A stretch of DNA of 64,000 nt from an uncultured Spirochaetota bacterium (GTDB lineage Bacteria > Spirochaetota > Spirochaetia > SZUA-6 > CAVTHK01): NCBI GenBank assembly GCA_963734495.1, contig CAVTHK010000005.1:128001-192000 (forward strand), given 5' to 3'. The translations under genes were made by a program, and so were the position numbers. Below the pieces are notes generated by a model, which was not told where the DNA came from, made no database searches, and saw nothing but the letters and a program-made list of their open reading frames with translations. Of the stretch, positions 50,487 through 59,975 are shown one piece after another (the stretch's first letter is position 1; every line of letters begins with the position of its first letter).

Positions 50487-51617
50487 TCAGCGGAGGCCGC
50501 CGCGGACGTTGGCGATGACGGTGGCACGCACGGCCGCTTCGCTCATGCCGTAGAGGAACGAGAACAGGCGCACCGCGTCGCGCTCCACGTCGAGGTCCGC
50601 AAAGAGCTCGGGGTGCAGGCGCGAAGCGAGCCACTCGAGGCCGAGGACCCATCTCACGTCGGGCTGGTCCCAGCTGTAGTAGTCCGCGGGAAAAGCGGCG
50701 AGACGGCCGGCCCGGACCGACGCGAGCGAGCGCCACGCGGGGTCCCCGCCGAGCGCGGTCGCGAGCCGGTCCACGCCTGCCCGGTAGGACGCGACGAAGA
50801 CCCAGTCCGGGTTCCAGGCCGCGATCTGCTCGAAGCTCACGCGGTTCCAACCCTGCCCCGTGTTCGCCTTCTTCCAGACCGGCCTTCCCCCCGCCATCTC
50901 GACCAGCCCCGTCTGGATCCAGCCGGCCGGCGGAACGTTCAAGGACTGCTCGCCTCCCCTGACCGCGTCGTAGACGAAGAGCACGCTCGGCCTGCGGTCG
51001 TCGCCCAGCGCCGCGGTGCGCGCAGTCACGCCGCTCATCCGCGCCTCGAGCGCGCGCCAGATCTCGTCCGCCCTGCCCTGATCGCGCAGAAGCTGCCCGA
51101 AGACCGCGAGGTCCCTGCGGTACTGTTCGGGCGTCTCGAAGTCCACGTACAGCACGGGGATGCCGATGGCCTCGAGGGGCCGGCCCAGGGTTTCGGCCAT
51201 GAAGCTCTTGAGGATCACGGCGTCGGGCTTGAGCGCGGCGATCTGCTCGGCGCCCGCGGTTCCCGGGAGCGTCGCCTTCTCGCCATAGCGCGGGTCGATC
51301 GCCGCCAGAAAGTTGCCGAGCCCCTGGTCGATCTCGGTCGTGGCGAGGAGCCGTCCCCAGGCGCCCGGGAACGCGTAGAGCGCGTCGGCGACCATGAAGA
51401 CCGACCGGCCGGCGAGCACGATCCTCGAGGGAATACTGTTGAAGGTCACCGCGCGGCCGCTCGCGTCGGTCACCGTCCACGGCGCCTGCGCGGGGGGAGG
51501 CGGCTCGCGGGCGGCCTCGGGCGCGGGCGACGCGGCCGCCGCCGGGGCCGACAGGAGCGCCGCGATCGCGGCCGCTGCGAGCGCGCCGCGCGCGGCCCTG
51601 GGTCGGCGGAAGGCCAT
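50487..51617 (-). CDS. Peripla_BP_2 (FecB/BtuF-type) substrate-binding protein
   Basis: Signal peptide; VTDASGRAV, EQIAALKPD and VSFEQIAAWNPD motifs. Confidence 0.9.
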   Translation of the reverse strand: MAFRRPRAARGALAAAAIAALLSAPAAAASPAPEAAREPPPPAQAPWTVTDASGRAVTFNSIPSRIVLAGRSVFMVADALYAFPGAWGRLLATTEIDQGLGNFLAAIDPRYGEKATLPGTAGAEQIAALKPDAVILKSFMAETLGRPLEAIGIPVLYVDFETPEQYRRDLAVFGQLLRDQGRADEIWRALEARMSGVTARTAALGDDRRPSVLFVYDAVRGGEQSLNVPPAGWIQTGLVEMAGGRPVWKKANTGQGWNRVSFEQIAAWNPDWVFVASYRAGVDRLATALGGDPAWRSLASVRAGRLAAFPADYYSWDQPDVRWVLGLEWLASRLHPELFADLDVERDAVRLFSFLYGMSEAAVRATVIANVRGGLR

Positions 51618-51648
51618 GCGCCACCTTAGGAGCGCCGGCGGAGCGCTG

Positions 51649-52449
51649 TCAAGCTCCGTCAGCGTCGGCGCCGGCGCGGGCGTTGCGCACCTGCACGAGC
51701 TGGGCCGCGACGCCCACCGCGATCTCGGCGGGCGAGGCGCCGCCGATCGCGAGGCCGATGGGCGCGGCCAGCCTCGCGATCTTCCCGCGGTCGAAGCCCT
51801 CCGCTTCCAGCTCGCGCCTCAGCACGGACGCCTTGGCCCTGCTGGCGATGACGCCGAGGTACTTCCACTCCCGTTTCATGAAGAAGCGGGCGAGCCTGAA
51901 GTCCGTGGGATGGTCGCGGCTGACGATGACAATGTAGGAGTCCGGCGACGGGGGCAGGTCCCGCTCGAGCACGGCCTCGTCGAAGGAGTTGATGATCCGG
52001 GCCGCGCCGGGAAAGCGCTCCGCGTTCGCGTACTCCTGCAAGGAGTCCACGACCGTCACCGAGAAGTCGAGCTCCCTGACCACGGCGAACAGCGACCTGC
52101 CGACGTGTCCCCCGCCGCAGATGACGAGCTGTGGCGGAACGGCCACCGGCTCGACGAAGTAGGACACGCGGCCGCCGCATGCCATCCCCAGGTCGCTTCC
52201 GAGATCCTTCTTGAAGAGGCGTGGGCCGCCCGCGGCCCTGAGGATCTCCAGCGCTTCCCGCTGGGCCGTGTGCTCGAGGTTGCCGCCGCCTATGGTCCCG
52301 TAGCTCAGATCCCGCTCGCCGACGTCCACCACGAGCATCTTGGCGCCGGGGACCTGCGGAGCGCTCCCGGCGACCGAGACGATCGTGACGAACGCGCACC
52401 GGCGGCCTTCGGCGTTGTGCCGCGCGGCCTGCGCGAGCAGCGTGATCAT
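51649..52449 (-). CDS. xdhC: XdhC/CoxI family molybdoenzyme accessory protein
   Basis: GSAPQVPGAKM, GTIGGGNLE, GMACGG, GGGHVG and APIGLAIGGASPAEIA motifs. Confidence 0.92.
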   Translation of the reverse strand: MITLLAQAARHNAEGRRCAFVTIVSVAGSAPQVPGAKMLVVDVGERDLSYGTIGGGNLEHTAQREALEILRAAGGPRLFKKDLGSDLGMACGGRVSYFVEPVAVPPQLVICGGGHVGRSLFAVVRELDFSVTVVDSLQEYANAERFPGAARIINSFDEAVLERDLPPSPDSYIVIVSRDHPTDFRLARFFMKREWKYLGVIASRAKASVLRRELEAEGFDRGKIARLAAPIGLAIGGASPAEIAVGVAAQLVQVRNARAGADADGA

Positions 52450-52576
52450 GACGCCATCGTAGTGCCGCGTGGTTTCCCCTGTCCAGCGCGCACCGTCGCG
52501 GCTTCTCTCTGGCGGTGCCAATCCGTTATAATGCGGGAAAAGATGGAGACCCTCGCCGGGCAGGCGAACATACGAC

Positions 52577-53923
52577 ATGACCAATAACCATCAGGGGCGC
52601 CGCGGCCGCATCGCGCGCGCCGCGCGGTCGCTCGCGGCCGCGGCTGTCCTCACGCTCGCGTTCGCCGGCTGCACGTCGATGTCGGACACCGTGTTCCTCG
52701 TGCGCAAGGTCGACGGCGCGGCCAAGAGCCGGGCCGTGACCGAACAGGGCATCTCGATCTACGAGGTGCGGGTGCTCGGACGCCAGGACTACGCGGCGAT
52801 CGAGGAGGCGCGCCGCTACTTCGAGGTCGCGCTGCGCTTCGATCCCGACAATACCCGCGCCCGCCAGTACCTGGAGACCGTGGACAGGTTCCGCGCGTCC
52901 GAGCTGCGGGCCAGGACCGAGCGGGCCGCCGACCTGCTGAAAAGGACCGGCCGCAGCGAGCAGGAGAGCTGGGCGATGCTCCTCCTCGTCCGCCAGGCGG
53001 CGGCCCTGTCGCCCGCCGACGCGCGGGTGGTCTCGCTGATGGCCGATACCGAGCAGGTCAGGGCCGCGATGGTCAAACAGCTCATGGAGCGGGCCCGCGC
53101 CGCCCACGAGCAGATCAGGCAGGACGATCCGCAGCGGGAGCAGAAGCTCCTCGACGTCAAGGACCAGTACGATCGCATCCATGCCATACAGCCCGACTAC
53201 GTCGATCTGCAGGTCAGGCGCTCCGCGGTCAGCGGCGAGCTCGACCGCATCTTCAAGGACGGCTCCCTGCGGGCCTCCCGGCGCATCGATGCCGCGCAGT
53301 TCGTCGAGGCGCGCGAAGAGATCGACCGGCTCGACGGGCTGAACCGCAGGCTCGACTACGCTCACGACGAGGAGGTCCGCGGCCTCTCCTACCGGCTGAA
53401 CTACCACTGGGCGAAGGATGCCTACGGCCGCAAGCAGCTCGGCCTCGCGGGCGCCAGAGTCGACGCCGCGCTCCGCGCCCGGCGGACCGACGAGGCGGCC
53501 GCGCTCAAGGCCTCCATCGAAGACGACCTGCAGCGCGCAGCCCGCGCTGCCGCGGCCGCCCCCCCGGTGGGCGCGCCCGGCGGGTCGGCGGCGGGCCAGG
53601 CGGCGCTGCAGGAGGTGCAGGACCTCGTCCGAAGGGGAGAGCTCGCGGCCGCCAACCGCAGGATCAACGCCCTGCTCGGGACGACCGGCGACCGCGAGAT
53701 CGTCGCGGGCCTCAGGGAGCAGCAGGCCGCCGTCAGGGCGCGCCTCCCCGACCTCTACGCCCGGGGCGTCGAGGCGTACCGGCAGGAGGACTTCAAGCGG
53801 GCTGTCGACCTCCTCTCGGTCGTCGTCGAGATCGACGTCGGCTACGAGCAGGCCGGCGACTACCTCGACAAGGCGCGGGCCAAGCAGAAGCTGCTCGAGA
53901 GCCTGCAGGGGAGCAGAGGGTGA
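52577..53923 (+). CDS. All-helical TPR-like lipoprotein
   Basis: Lipobox LAFAGC; TPR-like segments ARRYFEVALRFDPDNTRARQYL and YARGVEAYRQEDFKRAV..YEQAGDYLDKA. Confidence 0.78.
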   Translation: MTNNHQGRRGRIARAARSLAAAAVLTLAFAGCTSMSDTVFLVRKVDGAAKSRAVTEQGISIYEVRVLGRQDYAAIEEARRYFEVALRFDPDNTRARQYLETVDRFRASELRARTERAADLLKRTGRSEQESWAMLLLVRQAAALSPADARVVSLMADTEQVRAAMVKQLMERARAAHEQIRQDDPQREQKLLDVKDQYDRIHAIQPDYVDLQVRRSAVSGELDRIFKDGSLRASRRIDAAQFVEAREEIDRLDGLNRRLDYAHDEEVRGLSYRLNYHWAKDAYGRKQLGLAGARVDAALRARRTDEAAALKASIEDDLQRAARAAAAAPPVGAPGGSAAGQAALQEVQDLVRRGELAAANRRINALLGTTGDREIVAGLREQQAAVRARLPDLYARGVEAYRQEDFKRAVDLLSVVVEIDVGYEQAGDYLDKARAKQKLLESLQGSRG

Positions 53924-56041
53924 ACGGCGGCGCGACCGGCCTCGCGGCGAGGCCTGCTGCCCCACGCGGCGGAGATGGTCTGGGGCGTGCTCGTTCTCGC
54001 GTGGATGGGGGTGGGGATCCTCACGAGCTCCGGCGTCGACCCCGTCCACATGGCGACGTCGCTCCCGCGTCCGGGGCTGTCTTTCCTGCTGATGACGGCC
54101 TGCGTCTGGGCGCTTGCCGGGGCGTGCGTGTTCAAGATCGCGGCGCCGCTCCTCGGCGGCCCGCTCGCGTGGGCGGCCGCGCCGGACCGCGCGGGCGCCG
54201 CGCTGCTGGCCGCCCTCGCCTCGGCCGCGGCGATGACGCTGATCGCCCTGCACCTGTCCTCCCGCGCCGCGAGCGCCGCGTACTTCATCGGCCTGACGCC
54301 CCTCGACTACGCCGTCGCCGCCGCGTCGCTCGCCCTGAACGCCTGGTCGCTCGCGCGGCTGATCGTCCTGGCCAATCTCCGCGACGCGACCTACCGCGAG
54401 TACCTGGAGTTCCGCAGGGGCAGGCCGACGGGAGCGACGGGGACCTGCTGCGGGCCAGCATCCAGAAGAGGCTGACCCTTTCGTTCGTCGGCTTCATCCT
54501 CGTCGTCATCGTCGTCCTCGCGACGGTGCTGATGACCGGGTTCAGCCGCACGATCCTCAAGGCGGTGATCGACAACGGCAGCTCGCTCGCCGACCGCGCC
54601 GCGAGCGTCATCAAGGCCAACCTCGGCGACGACATCGCCATCGCCGACTACTTCGACATCGAGCAGAAGAAGAACGCGGCCGCGGGGTTCCCGTTTCGCA
54701 GCCTCTCCTTCTACGGCCGCAGGCCCGGCGGCGACTCGTACTTCGTGAGCCACAGCACGGACGAGACGCTGCGCGGGCAAGGAGCTCCCGCCGGCGTACC
54801 GCGGCGCGACGCAGGCGGGCAACCTCTACAGCGAGGGCGGCAGGACCTTCGAGTTCCTCGCCCCCGTCGTCCTGAGCGACGTGCGGGTCGGCTACGTGCT
54901 CGCCGACTACGACCGCGACGTGATCTACCAGCCCTATTTCCGGACCCAGGTGCGGGTCGTGCTCGTCGCCGCGCTCTTTGTCTACGTCTCGGTGTTCGGG
55001 GTCTACGTCTTCGGCACCAACATCGTCTTCCCGATCCTGTTCCTGCGCATGAGCGTCAAGCGGATGAGCGGGACGCTGGACGACATGATCCGCGGCCGCG
55101 TGCGCGTCTCGGCCGAGCTGCTGCGCTACGAGGACAGGGTCCCGACCCGCGACGAGATCAAGATGCTGTCGGCCGAGATCGGCAACATGACCACGGTCAT
55201 CAAGGGAATCATCCCCTACATCTCCGCGTCCACGCTCAAGCAGGCCGAGCGGGCGACGCCGACTTCGGAGGCCAGGCACCAGGCCGTTCTCTTTACCGAC
55301 ATCCGCGGATTCACCACCATCAGCGAAGGCATGGCGCCGGCCGAGGTGGTCGAGATCCTCAACCACTACCTCGGGCTGCAGCAGAGCATCATCTACCAGC
55401 ACCACGGCGACGTCGACAAGTTCATCGGCGACGCGGTGATGGGCGTCTTCGAAGGCCCCACGCGCGAGCTCAACGCGTGCCGGGCGGCCATGGCGATCCG
55501 CACGGCGATGGCGAAGGACAGGGAGCTCAAGCAGAGCGAGAAGCGGAACCTGATCTCCATCGGGATCGGGATCAACACGGGGCCGGTGGTGTTCGGCAGC
55601 GTGGGGGCGGGGGACCGCTTGGCCTACACGAGCATCGGCGACACCGTCAACCTCGCCGCGCGCCTCGAAAGCGCCAACAAGGAGTACGGCACCAAGAGCC
55701 TGGTTTCCGAAGAGGTCTACAAGAAGGTCCGCGACGCGTTCGTCTGCCGGGAGATCGACCTGCTCACCGTCAAGGGCAAGAGCCGGCCGGTGCGCATCTA
55801 CGAGATCCTGCAGGAGAGAAGCAAGGCCGCCGTGAAGATCACGGCGCTCGCTCAGAGCTTCGAGAAGGGGCTGGCCCTGTATCGCGCGCGGAGGTGGGAC
55901 TCCGCGGCGACGGTCTTCGAGGTCCTGGGCAAGCGGCTCGACGACAAGCCGAGCCGCGTGTTCGTCGAGCGCATCGGGGCCTTCCGCGCGAGCCCCCCGC
56001 CGCGGGGCTGGGACGGCGTCTACACCCTCTCCTTCAAGTAG
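53920..56041 (+). CDS. Membrane-bound class III adenylate cyclase; about 3 apparent frameshifts
   Basis: VLFTDIRGFT, DKFIGDAVM, IGIGINTG and YTSIGDTVNLAARLES motifs, with TM segments upstream. Shifts are near 53955, 54440 and 54790. Confidence 0.88.
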
Positions 56042-56795
56042 CCGCTGGGGCGCCGCGGGGCTCGGCGGCGGCCTCGAAGAAACGCTGCACCGCGGCCGGC
56101 GCGCGGGCGCTCCCCGCCAGCGGGCCGTCGTAGATCACGCGGCCCTCGTCCAGGAAGACGATGCGATCGGCGAGCCTGCGGATGCTCGGGGGCTCGTGGG
56201 TCACGATGATCAGGCTCATGCCGAGCCGCGCCCGCAGGCTCAGGATGAGGCGGTCGAGGCTCGCCGAGGTCACCGGGTCCAGCCCGGCGGACGGCTCGTC
56301 GAAGAACAGGAGCTCGGGGTCCAGCGCCAGGGCGCGGGCCAGGGCCGCCCGCTTGCGCATGCCGCCGGAGAGCTCGGACGGCAGCCGGTCCTCGGAGCCG
56401 TCGAGGCCGACGAGGGCGAGCTTGCTGCGCGCGATCCTGGCGACGAGGCCGGCAGGCAGCGCCGTGTGCTGCTGCAGCGGGATGGACACGTTTTCCAGCA
56501 CGGTCATCGAGTTGAGCAGGGCACCGGCCTGGAAGAGCATGCCGGTCCTGCGCCGCACGCGCTGCCAGCCCTCCTCGTCGAGGCGGCCGGTGTCCTCTCC
56601 GAGGACGATCACCTCGCCCGAGTCGGGCCGCAGCAGTCCCACGATGGCCTTGAGCAGCGTCGTCTTGCCGCACCCGCTGGGGCCGAGGACGACGGTGATC
56701 TCGCCGCGCCGCATGTCGGTGCTCACGCCCGCGAGCACCGTTCGCTCGCCGTAGCTCACCACGAGGTCGCGCACCGTGACCACGGCTTCGCTCAC
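56034..56795 (-). CDS. mlaF: MlaF/Mkl-family ABC ATPase
   Basis: GPSGCGKT, GMLFQAGALLNSMTV, LSGGMRKRAALARA and DEPSAGLDP motifs. Confidence 0.93.
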   Translation of the reverse strand: MSEAVVTVRDLVVSYGERTVLAGVSTDMRRGEITVVLGPSGCGKTTLLKAIVGLLRPDSGEVIVLGEDTGRLDEEGWQRVRRRTGMLFQAGALLNSMTVLENVSIPLQQHTALPAGLVARIARSKLALVGLDGSEDRLPSELSGGMRKRAALARALALDPELLFFDEPSAGLDPVTSASLDRLILSLRARLGMSLIIVTHEPPSIRRLADRIVFLDEGRVIYDGPLAGSARAPAAVQRFFEAAAEPRGAPAAT

Positions 56796-57877
56796 GGCAG
56801 GTACACCAGGCTGAAGAGGACGTCGGCGACGATCACGGCAAAGATCGAGGCCACCACCGAGCGGGTCGTCTCGCGGCCGACGCCCTCGGCCCCGCCGGTC
56901 GCGTGCAGGCCGCAGTGGCTGGAGATCACGGCGATCAGCCACGCGAACACCACGCTCTTGGCGAGGCCGCTCAGGATGTCCTGGGCTCGCAGCACGCTGA
57001 TGGACTCGTTCACGTAGGCGATCACGGGGATGTGCAGGTAGCTCACCGCCACCAGGAGGCCGCCGAAGATGCCGATCAGGGTGGAGAGCGTCACGAGGAG
57101 CGGCGTGCAGAGCGTGATAGCGAGGAGCTTGGGAACCACCACGTAGCGGACGGGGTCGATCGCCATGGTGCGCAGCGCGTCGATCTCCTCGCTCACCTTC
57201 ATCGTGGCGATCTCGGCGGCCATGGCCGACCCGCTGCGGCCGGCGATCAGGATCGCCGTCATCATCGGCCCCATCTCGCGGACCATCGACACCGCGACCA
57301 GGTCGGCGACAAAGATGTTCGCGCCGACGAGACGGAGCTGCGCCGCGGCCTGCAGCGAGAGGATCAGGCCGATGATGAACGACAGCAGCCCCACCACCCC
57401 GACCGCGTCGAGGCCGATCAGCACCGCCTGCTCGACGACGGCCCCGCGCCGGTGGCCGCTGCGGTCGGCGAGGGCGCGGGCCGCGGCGGCGAACACGTCC
57501 GCGGCGAGCTGCGCGACCTCGCGGACCGCGGTCATGCCGCCGTAGAGGCGGCCCCCCAGCCGGGCGAGCGCCGGCTCGCGGCGCGCGGCCTCGAGGGGGC
57601 GCAGCTCGGGCGTGAGCGCGGCCAGCACCGCCGCGACCTCCGTGCCGGCGGACACCAGGGTCAGGCCGGGGAACCGCGCGCGCAGCTCGGCGACAAACGC
57701 GGCCCCCGCGCTGTCGGCGCGCGTCACGCGCGCGAGGTCGAGGACGCGCACGTGCTCCGCAGGCAGCCGGAGCACGCGTGCCCAGAGACCCGGCACCGAC
57801 TCCGCATCGAGAGGCCCGATCAGGGCGAGCGTATTCTCCTGCAGAGCGACCGCGGCCGAGTCGCTATCGGACGACAT
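56792..57877 (-). CDS. mlaE: MlaE-family permease with N-terminal STAS (MlaB-like) domain
   Basis: DLARVTRADSAG (STAS); REMGPMMTAILIAGRSGSAMAAEIATMKVSEEIDAL and GGAEGVG motifs. Confidence 0.94.
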   Translation of the reverse strand: MSSDSDSAAVALQENTLALIGPLDAESVPGLWARVLRLPAEHVRVLDLARVTRADSAGAAFVAELRARFPGLTLVSAGTEVAAVLAALTPELRPLEAARREPALARLGGRLYGGMTAVREVAQLAADVFAAAARALADRSGHRRGAVVEQAVLIGLDAVGVVGLLSFIIGLILSLQAAAQLRLVGANIFVADLVAVSMVREMGPMMTAILIAGRSGSAMAAEIATMKVSEEIDALRTMAIDPVRYVVVPKLLAITLCTPLLVTLSTLIGIFGGLLVAVSYLHIPVIAYVNESISVLRAQDILSGLAKSVVFAWLIAVISSHCGLHATGGAEGVGRETTRSVVASIFAVIVADVLFSLVYLP

Positions 57878-59975
57878 ACGTGAGCCTCAGCACGAGCCGG
57901 TGATCGACGACAAAGTAGTGCCCGGGCACAACGGGGACCCGGTTGTTGAGATTGAGCCGATACTCGAGCAGGAGGTACCTGAAGAGGCTCAGGTCGAAGA
58001 TGTTCTCCCAGTCCAGCGAGACCTGGCTGCCTCGCTCGAAGGGGAACAGCACCTCCGAAGACAGCGTGTACGTCAGGCCGAACGGCAGGTTCACCGTGCC
58101 CAGCGCGGAAACCTCGATCCCGGTCTGGTACTGCGAGGGAACCTCCTCGTACACCTGGAAGACGTCGGGTCCAACCGTTTCCGTGCCCGTAACCGTGTAC
58201 ACGTCACCGTTGAAGTCCTGGCGGAGGCCCAGGCCCGCGCGCACGCTGAGCTCGGCGCGGGAGAGGTTGATCACACGGAAGTTCAGCCCCGCGCCTTCCT
58301 GAAGGATCAGCGGGAGAAAGCTCGGCTTGACCTGCGTCTGGAGCACGTTCGTTTCGCTCGACAGGAGCGTCCCGTCCGTCGCGCGCTTGTGCACGTTCTG
58401 CGCGGTCGCGAAGTAGACGTATTCCGGGAAGAAATGGGTCGCGACGTCGAAGCGGCTGTAGAGCCCCACGTCCTTGAGAAAGAAATAGATGAGCGTGTTG
58501 TTGAGGATGAGGTCGTCGGAAGAGATGCGGAAGTCGGTGTCCGGCGATTTGGTGACGCCCGTATCGAGGAGCATCCGCATGGTGTACAGCAGCGGCGAAA
58601 GGTCGACGACCAGGCGCGTGTCGACCTCGCCGGTGACCGTCGTCTGCGTCTCGAAGCTCTGGGGATCGATCTCGTTGCTGCTCGAGAAATCCGTCGTGCC
58701 GGAAATGGTCGAGGTCACGCGCACGGGCTGCTTGGCCTGCCCGCCCGGCCCTTCTTCGAGGACGCCGGCGCCCACGAGGTCGGTCGGGTTCCCGGTCTGG
58801 TCGACGCCCACCACGATCGTGAGGCGTTTCGTGTCGCCCGCGCCGAGGGTGAGGGTGGTAAAGTCTTTGTAGGTGACGAACGGCTGGTTCCTGATCGTGA
58901 TCTTCCACAAGCCGGGGTGCAGGATCCAGGCCCGGCTCTGCTCGCCGAGCGTCTCGTTGGCGGAGATATCGGTTCCGTAACTGTCTCCCGTCGCGGCGTC
59001 GAAGACCTCGTAGCCGATCTTCACGAAATCCCGGTCCTCCGTGACGATGGAAACGGTGAGCGCTCCCCAGGTCGGTTCGATGACGCGCTTGTAGCGGGGG
59101 ACGACCAGCACGTTGCTGATCTCCTGGAGCTGATTCTCGCGCCCCGAGCCGTACTCGATGCGGTAGCGGCCCTCAGGCAGGACCACCGGCACTCCCATCT
59201 TCGCCGAGGCCACCTCGGTGCGCGACGGCCCGAACACGTGGTAAAAGGGTTCCTGCTCGGTGCCCGTGAGGGCCGGCATCAGGATCACGCCCGCGTTCGG
59301 GCTCTCCCCGGTGAGCGGCTCCAGCCGCCCCTCGGTAGGCGCGGGGAAAAGCTCGCTCCGCTGCCCCGTCTGCAGATAGAGAACGATCTTCGAGATGAAG
59401 CGGTCGGTCTCCTCGAGCAGCATGTCGTTGGCGGCGATCACGAACGACTCCACGCTGGAGTCCGCAAGCGCCTGCTCGCGCGCGACCCTGTGGTGGACGG
59501 GGCTGTCGCCCGAGGAGCGGGCGGTCAGGACAAAGTCCATCTCCAGGTGCGCCTGCCCCTTCGTGTCGACGCGCACCAGCTCGAAGGCGTCGACGTTCGT
59601 CGCGACTTCGAAGTCCACGCTCTCCGTGGAGTATTCCCGCCTGACCTCTGAGAACACGCGGTAGCGCTGCAGCCTCGTCGCCACGAGGTCGGCGATCTTC
59701 GGCGGGAGGCTGACTCCCCAGAGATCGGTCGTGGAGTAGGAGAAGCGCGGCCCGATGTCCCGCACCACGATCTGCTTCCGGTCGTAGGTGCGCGAGATGC
59801 GGGTGTCGGTCACCTGCGCCGTCGAAGGAAACGGCTGCTGGCGGATCATGTCGCTGTTCTCGAGCTGCGGGTAGTACTCGAGCATGTAGTAATTGGTCGA
59901 GGGAATCACCTGACTGACGCAGCCGGCCAGCGCAAGGAGCCCGGCGGCGACCGCGGCGTATCGAAGGTGGCTCAT
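57864..59975 (-). CDS. 703-aa lipoprotein: PqiC/ABC_trans_aux-like domain, two small beta-sandwich domains and a putative C-terminal outer-membrane beta-barrel (DUF3078-like)
   Basis: Lipobox LAGC, then YYML, IVVR and YS..DLW (PqiC pattern); LPEGRYRIEY and LHPGLWKITI; the last ~290 aa are alternating amphipathic strands ending LVLRLTYVVR. Uninterrupted ORF overlapping both neighbours. Confidence 0.75.
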   Translation of the reverse strand: MSHLRYAAVAAGLLALAGCVSQVIPSTNYYMLEYYPQLENSDMIRQQPFPSTAQVTDTRISRTYDRKQIVVRDIGPRFSYSTTDLWGVSLPPKIADLVATRLQRYRVFSEVRREYSTESVDFEVATNVDAFELVRVDTKGQAHLEMDFVLTARSSGDSPVHHRVAREQALADSSVESFVIAANDMLLEETDRFISKIVLYLQTGQRSELFPAPTEGRLEPLTGESPNAGVILMPALTGTEQEPFYHVFGPSRTEVASAKMGVPVVLPEGRYRIEYGSGRENQLQEISNVLVVPRYKRVIEPTWGALTVSIVTEDRDFVKIGYEVFDAATGDSYGTDISANETLGEQSRAWILHPGLWKITIRNQPFVTYKDFTTLTLGAGDTKRLTIVVGVDQTGNPTDLVGAGVLEEGPGGQAKQPVRVTSTISGTTDFSSSNEIDPQSFETQTTVTGEVDTRLVVDLSPLLYTMRMLLDTGVTKSPDTDFRISSDDLILNNTLIYFFLKDVGLYSRFDVATHFFPEYVYFATAQNVHKRATDGTLLSSETNVLQTQVKPSFLPLILQEGAGLNFRVINLSRAELSVRAGLGLRQDFNGDVYTVTGTETVGPDVFQVYEEVPSQYQTGIEVSALGTVNLPFGLTYTLSSEVLFPFERGSQVSLDWENIFDLSLFRYLLLEYRLNLNNRVPVVPGHYFVVDHRLVLRLTYVVR

